Made by a program: the position numbers and the translations under genes. From an uncultured bacterium (GTDB lineage Bacteria; Krumholzibacteriota; Krumholzibacteriia; Krumholzibacteriales; Krumholzibacteriaceae): DNA of 64,000 bases. The notes below the pieces were generated by a model. The model was not told the DNA's origin. It worked only from the letters and a program-made list of their open reading frames with translations, and made no database searches. The DNA is taken from positions 192,001-256,000 of the forward strand of contig CAWBAN010000004.1 in the NCBI GenBank assembly GCA_963786935.1, given 5' to 3'. Below, in pieces: positions 56,899 through 64,000 of the stretch. The stretch's first letter is position 1, and every line of letters starts with the position of its first letter.

Positions 56899-57102
56899 TT
56901 ACTTCTCGAGAACGAAGATCACGCGCATCGTCACGCGGTACTCGACGATCTTATTCTTCTCGACGTGCGCCGTCTGCTTGAGTATCTCGACCCCGGTGAT
57001 CCCGCGGAGCGTCTTGGTCGCGCGCTCGAAACCCGTGCGCGCCGCGTCTTCCCAGCTCTTCGGCGAGGACGATACGATTTCGGTCACCCGTGCAACTGCC
57101 AT
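56899..57102 (-). CDS. Dodecin family protein
   Basis: 67 aa: EIVSSSPKSWEDAA...RATKTLRGI...IVEYRVTMRVIFVLE. RBS AAAGGAGG. Confidence 0.9.
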   Translation of the reverse strand: MAVARVTEIVSSSPKSWEDAARTGFERATKTLRGITGVEILKQTAHVEKNKIVEYRVTMRVIFVLEK

Positions 57103-57152
57103 GTGAGGCCTCCTTTGGTTCGATATCCGGCGCCAGCATACCACGGCGCAGG

Positions 57153-59072
57153 CTAAAAGTCCACTTTCGTCCCGAGCGTGAATCGGGTCCCGGGAGCGGG
57201 ATACCCGGCCACCTCGTCGTATTGCTCGTCCGTCGCGTTGCTCACCGTGAGGAAGGTTTCGCTCACGCCCCCCGCCCGGAACGAGACGGTCGCGTCGAGC
57301 CGCGTGTACGCCGGGTTGTAGTACTCCCCGCGGGGTCCGCCGAAATCGTTGTCGAGCCGCGCGCCGACTCGGGACGCCGAGACGAGCGCGTCGAACGGGC
57401 CGCGCCGGTATGAAACGCCCCCGCCGCCGCTGTGGCGCGGCCGCCGGAGGAGCTGCTTTCCCGTGTCGAGGTCCTCGGTGTGCGTGAAGGAATAGAAGCC
57501 CCGGAGCGTCAGCGCCTCCACGGGGCGCAGGCTCGATTGTATCTCCACGCCGCGGCTCTCAGCCCTCCCGATGTTGTCGGCGAGCCACGTGTCCGGATTG
57601 GAGGTGATCATGTCGCGATAGGAGTTGTCGAACCAGGCGCATTCGAGATCGGCCCTGCCCGCGGCGAAATCGCGCCTGAACCCGGCGTCCCAGCCGAACG
57701 TCCGCTCGGGCGCGAGGCCGGGATTGCCGTAGCCGGGGTAGTAGAGCTCGTTCAGGCTCGGGGCGCGGAATCCGGTGCCGACCGAGGCCTTGAGCACGAC
57801 TCCGCTCCGCGGCATCGGATACGAGAGCGAGAGCTTGTACGTGGCGACGGACCCGAACTCGCTGTGGTCGTCCACGCGGACGCCGGCGGACGCCGTCGGG
57901 AGCCCCTTGAAATCGAATATCCCGTTCGCGAAGATGCTCGCGTTGCTGATCCGGTCGTCGAAGGTCGTCGTGCCGAACGCGGAGTAGCCGCTGTTCGTCG
58001 TCCGCTCCTCCTTCCATTCGAGGCCGGAGACGAGCCACACGCTCTCCGAGAATCGCAGGTCGTTCTGCCAGGCCGCGTCCTTGACGTGCGAGTTGATCTC
58101 CGAGAAGCCGTCCCCCGCGAAGGGGCCGGTTTCCGCCGGGTCGACCGGGTCGTCCCACGTGATCTCCCGGGAGAGGAACGAGGCGCGCACGGAGTGGCTC
58201 CACCGGTCGGTGACGAACTGGCGGTACTGCGCGGAGACGACGAAATGCCCGCCGTCCTGCGTCGCGTTCGGATCGGGCGCGAATTGCGGGCCGCCGAGAC
58301 CGTTCGACGCCTCGCGGTACCGCAGGCTCACGCTGACGTTCGTCGTCTCGGTCATCCTGCTCGAGACCGATCCCGAGAAGACCGTATTCCGGTAGAAGCT
58401 GTTCGGAGACGGTCCGTCGGTCGTCGCGCCCGAGAGCGTGTACGAGTAGTTGAAGGCGCTCTCCCCGCCCGAGAGCGAGATCGCGCCGTCGGCGCTGCGG
58501 AAGGATCCGCCGGAGATCGACGCGCTCCGGCGCGGCCCTTCTTTCGGCCCGCCCGTGATGATGTTGACGACGCCGCCGATCGCGGACGAACCGTAGAGGA
58601 TCCCGTGCGGGCCGCGCACCACCTCGATGCGCGCGACGTTGTCGCACGTGAGCTCGGAGAAGTCGAACGCCCCCGTCGTCGGATCGTTGAGCGGCACGCC
58701 GTCGAGCATGACGAGCACGTGGTTGCTGTTGGAGCCGCGCATGAAGACGCTCGCGGCCGTCCCTTCGCTCCCCATCCGCGCGACGCTCAGTCCGGGCACG
58801 GCGCGGAGGAGCTCCCCGACGCTCTCCGCGTGCCGCCGCTCGATCTCGCTCCGCGTGATGACCGTGATGAAGCTCGCCGTCTTCTCGAGGGGCCATTCGA
58901 TGCGCGTCGCCGTCACGACGATCTCGGGACCGGGATAGAGCTTGCCGTCGCGCTCGGCGTCGGCAGCCGTTTCGGCGCCCGCCGCGGGCCCGGCCGCGGC
59001 GACCGCCCGCGCGGCCGCGAACAAGATCGCGCCGGCCGCGAGCGATGCCTGGATGGATCGGGAAACGTTCAT
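57153..59072 (-). CDS. btuB: TonB-dependent receptor, BtuB-like cobalamin transporter
   Basis: EIVVTATR, plug motifs MRGSNSNHVLVMLDG and RIEVVRGP..LYGSSAIGGVVNIIT, GFRAPS, LLRRP and terminal F. It lies downstream of a cobalamin riboswitch. Confidence 0.85.
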   Translation of the reverse strand: MNVSRSIQASLAAGAILFAAARAVAAAGPAAGAETAADAERDGKLYPGPEIVVTATRIEWPLEKTASFITVITRSEIERRHAESVGELLRAVPGLSVARMGSEGTAASVFMRGSNSNHVLVMLDGVPLNDPTTGAFDFSELTCDNVARIEVVRGPHGILYGSSAIGGVVNIITGGPKEGPRRSASISGGSFRSADGAISLSGGESAFNYSYTLSGATTDGPSPNSFYRNTVFSGSVSSRMTETTNVSVSLRYREASNGLGGPQFAPDPNATQDGGHFVVSAQYRQFVTDRWSHSVRASFLSREITWDDPVDPAETGPFAGDGFSEINSHVKDAAWQNDLRFSESVWLVSGLEWKEERTTNSGYSAFGTTTFDDRISNASIFANGIFDFKGLPTASAGVRVDDHSEFGSVATYKLSLSYPMPRSGVVLKASVGTGFRAPSLNELYYPGYGNPGLAPERTFGWDAGFRRDFAAGRADLECAWFDNSYRDMITSNPDTWLADNIGRAESRGVEIQSSLRPVEALTLRGFYSFTHTEDLDTGKQLLRRPRHSGGGGVSYRRGPFDALVSASRVGARLDNDFGGPRGEYYNPAYTRLDATVSFRAGGVSETFLTVSNATDEQYDEVAGYPAPGTRFTLGTKVDF

Positions 59073-59115
59073 GGCGCTCCTTCCTCTCGTTCCTCGAAGA
59101 GGCACGGGTCGATGA

Positions 59116-59280
59116 ATTCTCCAGGCAGGTCTCCTGACTTGTGGCTCAATCGCCTCCGCCCCCTTCCCAGCTCAGAGCGCCAGTGGTTTCGGGCGGAAGG
59201 CTCGCCATTCACAGTGGCGGGTCCGTGAGGGATTCGCACCCTCTTCCCTGTTCGGCTCCTGACGAGCACCTGAAGATATG
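59116..59280 (-). ncRNA. Cobalamin riboswitch
   Basis: Minus strand reads AGGTGC...AACAGGGAAGAGGGTGCGAATCCCTCACGGACCCGCCACTGTGAA...CCACTGG...GGGAAGG...GAGCCACAAGTCAGGAGACCTGCC, which includes the B12 box. Confidence 0.93.
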
Positions 59281-59291
59281 TTGCGGGGGGA

Positions 59292-59321
59292 ATGCTAGCG
59301 CGCCGGCGCGGCGCGTGTCAA
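59292..59321 (-). promoter_or_regulatory. sigma70-type promoter for riboswitch-btuB
   Basis: TTGACA-N18-TAGCAT directly upstream of the riboswitch. Confidence 0.55.
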
Positions 59322-59508
59322 CGGGAAACGGGGCGGGGCCCCGAAAGGCGCCGGGGGTCGCCGTGCCCCGCCGCGAGCGCGTGCCCCCGGCGCGTCCGCC
59401 GGCCGAGTTCCCTCTGGCCGTCGAGCCTCCCGGGCCGTATAATGTCCCCGGCATCATATTGATACCGCGGGCATGACGCCCTCGGGACGGCACATGAAGG
59501 AGAGCACC

Positions 59509-61143
59509 ATGAAGAGCGTATCGTTGATCGTCTGCGCGGCCCTGTTCGTCCTTTCGGGGACGTTCGGCCCGGCCGGCGCCTGCACGAACCTCATCGTGAC
59601 GAAGGGGGCGTCCGCGGACGGCTCCGTCATGATCACGTACACCTGCGACGGCGAGTTCCATCCGCGCCTCCGCGTGGAGCCCGCGGCCGACCACGGCCCC
59701 GACGAATGGATCGAGATCAAGGACTGGAACGGCGTGGTGAAGGGGAAGATCAAACAGGCGCCGCACACCTACGCGGTGGTCGATCTCATGAACGAGCATC
59801 AACTCGTCATCGGAGAGACGACCTTCACGGGGCGCGAGGAGCTCATCAACCCCGACGGCGCGCTGCACTACTGGTGGCTCATGAGGCTCGCGCTCCAGCG
59901 CGCGACGACGGCCCGCGAGGCGGTCGAGGTCATGGCCGCGCTCGTGGAGGAGTACGGCTACGCGAGCGAGGGGGAATCGATCTCGATCGGCGACCCGAAC
60001 GAGGCGTGGCTCATGGAGATCATCGGGCCCGGGCCGGGCGGGAAAGGGGCGAACTGGGTGGCGCTCCGCGTGCCCGACGGATATATATGCGCCCACGCCA
60101 ACAAGTCGCGCATCGGAGAGTTCCCGTTGAACGACGCGAAGAACTGCCTCTATTCCCCCGGCGTCATCGACTTCGCGGTCGAGAAGGGCTATTACGATCC
60201 GGCCTCCGGAACGCCGTTCAACTTCAGCGAGGCGTACTGCCCCGCGAATATGCAGAAGCTGCGCTACACGGAGACGAGGGTGTGGAGCATCTTCCGCCGC
60301 GCGGCGCCGTCGCGGGAGTGGCCCGTCGAGTATCACCGCGGCGTGAAGGGCGCGGCTCCCTATCCGCTCTGGATCAAGCCCGACAAGAAGCTCACGAAGG
60401 GGGACGTTTACGGGCTCATGCGCGACCATTACGAGGGCACGCCGTACGACATGACGCAGGGGATCGACGCGGGTCCGTTCGGCTCGCCGAACCGCTGGCG
60501 TCCGATGATCTGGAAAATGGACGGCGCCGATTACACGTGGGAGCGCCCCATCTCGACGCAACAGACCGGATTCTCGTTCGTCTCGCAATCGCGCTCGTGG
60601 CTCCCGGATCCGGTCGGCGGCGTGCTCTGGTACGGCATGGACGACACCTATTTCACCTGCTACGTCCCGCTCTACTGCGGCATCACGGCGGCGCCCGAGT
60701 CTTTCGCCCGGGGCAGGCTCGGCGAGTTCTCGTGGAATTCGGCGTGGTGGGTGTTCAATTTCGTCGCGAACTTCGCCAATCTCAAGTATTCGTACATGAA
60801 GGACGACATCCTGAAGGTCCAGCGCGAGCTCGAGGGGGGCTTCGACGCGCTGCAGCCGGTGATCGAGAAGACCGCGGTCGATCTCCACAAGAATAATCCC
60901 GCGCTCCTCTCGGCGTTCCTCACCGACTATTCGACGAGCCACGCCGAGATGGCCGTGAAGCGCTACCGGGAGCTCGGCGAAACGCTCATCAAGAAATACA
61001 ACGACGGGTACGTGCAGGACGAGAAGGGGGAGCCGAAGGAAGTCGGCTATCCCGAATCGTGGTACCGCGAAGTGATCCGGGCGAGGCCCGATCAGTTCAA
61101 GATCGTGAACGAGGATACGCTGAAAACGGATCTGCCCTATTGA
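59509..61143 (+). CDS. C69 family dipeptidase (Ntn hydrolase)
   Basis: Signal peptide cleaved before CTNLIVTKGASADGS (N-terminal Cys), plus MNEHQLVIGETT, LALQRATTAREA and WERPIS. Confidence 0.9.
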   Translation: MKSVSLIVCAALFVLSGTFGPAGACTNLIVTKGASADGSVMITYTCDGEFHPRLRVEPAADHGPDEWIEIKDWNGVVKGKIKQAPHTYAVVDLMNEHQLVIGETTFTGREELINPDGALHYWWLMRLALQRATTAREAVEVMAALVEEYGYASEGESISIGDPNEAWLMEIIGPGPGGKGANWVALRVPDGYICAHANKSRIGEFPLNDAKNCLYSPGVIDFAVEKGYYDPASGTPFNFSEAYCPANMQKLRYTETRVWSIFRRAAPSREWPVEYHRGVKGAAPYPLWIKPDKKLTKGDVYGLMRDHYEGTPYDMTQGIDAGPFGSPNRWRPMIWKMDGADYTWERPISTQQTGFSFVSQSRSWLPDPVGGVLWYGMDDTYFTCYVPLYCGITAAPESFARGRLGEFSWNSAWWVFNFVANFANLKYSYMKDDILKVQRELEGGFDALQPVIEKTAVDLHKNNPALLSAFLTDYSTSHAEMAVKRYRELGETLIKKYNDGYVQDEKGEPKEVGYPESWYREVIRARPDQFKIVNEDTLKTDLPY

Positions 61144-61154
61144 CGGTGCGGCGC

Positions 61155-62984
61155 ATGAAGGCGAAAAACAGGATCTCGGCGATCGTCATCGCGGGAAACG
61201 AGGAGCGGAACATCGCGGACTGCCTCGAGAGCGTCGCGTGGGCCGACGAGATCGTCGTCGTCGATTCGGAGAGCGCCGACCGGACCGTCGAAATCGCGAA
61301 GCGTTATACGACGAAGGTGCACGTGCGCGCCTGGGAGGGATACGCGAAACAGAAGGCGTTCGCCCTGCGGGCCGCTTCGAACGAATGGGTGCTGAGCCTC
61401 GACGCCGACGAACGGGTGCAGCCGCGGCTCGCCGAAGAAATCGCCGGCGCCGATCTGGACGGATTCGACGGGTACTATGTCAGGCGCGAAAACTATTTCC
61501 TCGGGCGGAGAATACGGGGATGCGGGTGGGGGAGGGACCGCCAGCTGCGCCTCTTCCGGAAGAGCCGAGCGACGGTGACCGACCGGGCGGTGCACGAGGG
61601 CTTCAGGGTCGAGGGATCCGTCGGCGCGCTCGCCGGCGCCATCACGCACTATTCCTATCGCACGCTGAAAGAGGCGTTCGCGAAGGTGGACGCCTATTCG
61701 ACGCTCGAGGCGGCGGAGAAGGCGGGTCGCATGACGGTGAATCCGCTCACGATGCTCTGCGCGGCGCCGTGCGCCTTCATGCACCATTTCGTCGTCCGCA
61801 GGGGCTTCATCGACGGAACGTACGGCGCGATGGTTTCCTTCATGCACGCGCTCACGAAGCTGCAGGTGCAGATGAAGATCTGGGAGATGCGAAGAAAGGA
61901 GCGGCCGGGACCGGGAGGCTCGTCGATTCGCGGCACCGAACCGAATATCGATCGCGGCCACGTCGGGAAGCTCCTCGTCATCAAGCTTCGCGCGGTGGGG
62001 GACGTGATCCTCTCGACGCCGGTTCTCCCGAATCTCCGCGCGGCGTTCCCCGGCGCGAGGATCGATTTTCTCGTCGAGCGGGGCTGCCGCGACGCGGTCG
62101 AGGGGAACGAGGCGATCGACCGCGTGATCGCGTTCGACAAGCGCGGGACGAACGGGGCGCGGATCCTCCTCGATCTGCGCCGCGCGCGGTACGACCTGGT
62201 CATCGATCTCTTCGGGAATCCCCGGAGCGCGCTCATGACCTTCGCGAGCGGGGCGCGGCATCGGGTCGGATACGATTTCCGCGGGCGCGCGTACGCGTAC
62301 AACATCCTCGTGAAGCCGCGCGGCGCCGAGGTGCACAACGTCGAGTTCAATCTCGACGCGCTGCGGCGGATCGGCGTGGACGTCGTCCATACGTCCCCGC
62401 TGTTTCCCCTGTCGGCGGGGGACCGCGAGTTCGCGCGGCGCGAGGCGGAGCGGCTCGGCTTGACCGGGCGCCTCGCGATCGGCTTCAATCCGGGGACCAA
62501 CCGGCCCGCCGAGCGGTGGCCCGCGGAGCGGTTCGCGGAGCTCGGCCGGCTGCTGGCGAACCGGTTCGGCGCGAGAATTTGCGTCTTCTGGGGGCCGGGG
62601 GAGAAGCCGCTCGCGGAGACGGTCGCCGCGCGGATCGGAGACGCGGCGGTCGTCGCGCCGCCGACGAGCCTGAAGCAGCTCGGCGCGATGTTCGAGCGGT
62701 GCTCCGTCGTCGTGAGCAACGACTCGGGGCCCATGCACATCGCGGCCGCGCTCGGCGCGCCCACGGTCGGCATATTCGGACCGGTGAATCCGCTGCTGCA
62801 GGGGCCGTACGGCGAGAAGGCCCGGTTCGTCCGCGCGGAGGGGTTATCGTGTCTCGGCTGCAATTACGACCGGACCTGTCCTATCGGGAATCCATGCATG
62901 ACGGGGCTGGAGCCTGAAACGGTGGCCGGCGTCGTCGAGGAGCTGATCGTTCGATGCGGTCTCGGAACAAGAGTCGTTCAATGA
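61155..62984 (+). CDS. Fused GT2 (beta-1,4-glucosyltransferase-like) and GT9 (heptosyltransferase-like) glycosyltransferase
   Basis: N-half has NEERNI, VVDSESADRT, SLDADE and VHE. C-half has IKLRAVGDVILSTP, VSNDSGPMHIAAA and CLGC...C...CM. Confidence 0.85.
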   Translation: MKAKNRISAIVIAGNEERNIADCLESVAWADEIVVVDSESADRTVEIAKRYTTKVHVRAWEGYAKQKAFALRAASNEWVLSLDADERVQPRLAEEIAGADLDGFDGYYVRRENYFLGRRIRGCGWGRDRQLRLFRKSRATVTDRAVHEGFRVEGSVGALAGAITHYSYRTLKEAFAKVDAYSTLEAAEKAGRMTVNPLTMLCAAPCAFMHHFVVRRGFIDGTYGAMVSFMHALTKLQVQMKIWEMRRKERPGPGGSSIRGTEPNIDRGHVGKLLVIKLRAVGDVILSTPVLPNLRAAFPGARIDFLVERGCRDAVEGNEAIDRVIAFDKRGTNGARILLDLRRARYDLVIDLFGNPRSALMTFASGARHRVGYDFRGRAYAYNILVKPRGAEVHNVEFNLDALRRIGVDVVHTSPLFPLSAGDREFARREAERLGLTGRLAIGFNPGTNRPAERWPAERFAELGRLLANRFGARICVFWGPGEKPLAETVAARIGDAAVVAPPTSLKQLGAMFERCSVVVSNDSGPMHIAAALGAPTVGIFGPVNPLLQGPYGEKARFVRAEGLSCLGCNYDRTCPIGNPCMTGLEPETVAGVVEELIVRCGLGTRVVQ

Positions 62985-64000
62985 AGAAGTCGCTCGGCCG
63001 GTCGAAGCCGGCGGCGCGGGGCGCGAAACGGCCGGTCCGCGGAGCGGCGAGGCCGCCCCGCGGCGACAAGCAGCCGGCCAGCGGCGCGGCGGAAGCCCGC
63101 CGGCCTGTCGACTGCCGGCGTTTCACCGGGTACAAGCCGTGCGCCCCGGGCATGCGGTGCCTCGCGGGCTGCCCGGATTTCGAGCCGGTCGGCGCGAGGA
63201 TCCTCATCGTCAATCTCGACGCGATGGGGAACGTCCTCGTGACGACGAGCATTCTCGCGGCGCTCAAGCGAAAATATCCGGCGAGCCGCGTGAGCTGGAT
63301 CACGCTCGGAAACGCCGCGCCGCTCCTGCGCAACAATCAGTACGTCGACGAGATATTCCTCTGGGAGCCGGAGAGCTGGCTCGTTCTCCAGCGCATGACC
63401 TTCGACGTCGCGCTCAACGTGGACAAGTCGCGGCGCTCCGGCGCCTTCGTCGCGAGCGTCGAGGCGAAGGAGAAGCTCGGATTCGGGCTTCACCCGAACG
63501 GGAGCGTCGTTCCGCTCAACGAGGAGGCGGAGGAGAACTACGCGCTCGGCCTCGACGATCATCTGAAATTTCACGTGAACAGGAAAACGGTTCAGCAGAT
63601 CCAGTGCGAGCAGTTCAGGCTCGAGTATCGCCGCGATCCATACGTGCTGCGGCTGACGGAGGCGGAGAAGGCGTTCTGCGCCGAGTACCGGCGGCGTGCG
63701 GGAATCCGCGACGGCGATACGGTCATCGGCTTCAACACCGGCTGCTCCGAGCTCTATCCGAACAAGAAGCTCACGATCGATCAGCACGTCCGGCTCATCC
63801 GGGCGCTCGTGGACGTTCCGAACGTCAAGGTCGTCCTCGTCGGCGGCCCGGAGGACACCAAGCGGAACGCCGAGATCGCCCGGATCGCCGGGGACGCCGT
63901 GATCGACACGCCGACGACCGAAGGGGTGCGGCGCGGCCTCTGCTACATCGACATCTGCGACGCGATCGTCACGGGGGATTCCTTCGGGATGCACGCGTCG
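62981..64000 (+). CDS. GT9 heptosyltransferase-like protein (3' end runs off the window)
   Basis: Not in the ORF track. Manual translation from ATG 62981 gives ...DCRRFTGYKPCAPGMRCLAGCPDF..RILIVNLDAMGNVLVTTSIL...IGFNTGCS...IVTGDSFGMHA. Confidence 0.85.
   Translation, partial: MKKSLGRSKPAARGAKRPVRGAARPPRGDKQPASGAAEARRPVDCRRFTGYKPCAPGMRCLAGCPDFEPVGARILIVNLDAMGNVLVTTSILAALKRKYPASRVSWITLGNAAPLLRNNQYVDEIFLWEPESWLVLQRMTFDVALNVDKSRRSGAFVASVEAKEKLGFGLHPNGSVVPLNEEAEENYALGLDDHLKFHVNRKTVQQIQCEQFRLEYRRDPYVLRLTEAEKAFCAEYRRRAGIRDGDTVIGFNTGCSELYPNKKLTIDQHVRLIRALVDVPNVKVVLVGGPEDTKRNAEIARIAGDAVIDTPTTEGVRRGLCYIDICDAIVTGDSFGMHAS

Overview
This 64-kb window is GC-rich, gene-dense chromosome from a diderm bacterium. 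The repeated FlgD-Ig/T9SS-like C-terminal tails and a TWGxIKxLY tail suggest an FCB-related candidate lineage such as Krumholzibacteriota, Latescibacterota or Eisenbacteria; this is an inference. About 50 CDSs are supported. They include an atypical transketolase, a B12 radical SAM enzyme, a LytS/LytTR pair, a CoA-activase pair, an M16 peptidase pair, an smpB-amidase-GerMN-murI-rdgB cluster, an ABC-2 exporter, LPS glycosyltransferases, a btuB-like receptor under a cobalamin riboswitch, and a porin-phoBR-porin-pstSCAB-phoU locus. Two tRNAs are present: Leu-CAG and Pro-TGG. I found no CRISPR array, integrase, transposase or reverse transcriptase. The most interesting signal is a cell-surface protein repertoire with three different candidate C-terminal sorting tags. 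(i) Five proteins carry a QNxPNPFNP...K/TMVLLR-type tail; these include three paralogous 8x~55-aa repeat (propeller-like) proteins sharing an unnamed stalk module, and a six-heme cytochrome c behind a sigma54-like promoter. (ii) One protein has a TWGEIKSLYR tail. (iii) One Cys-rich protein has an IPTL/PEP-CTERM-like anchor. Also notable are 11-nt-periodic Pho boxes and six reading-frame lesions clustered in pstA-pstB-phoU, which reflect either decay or a local assembly error. All functional calls come from motif reading; no database search was run.
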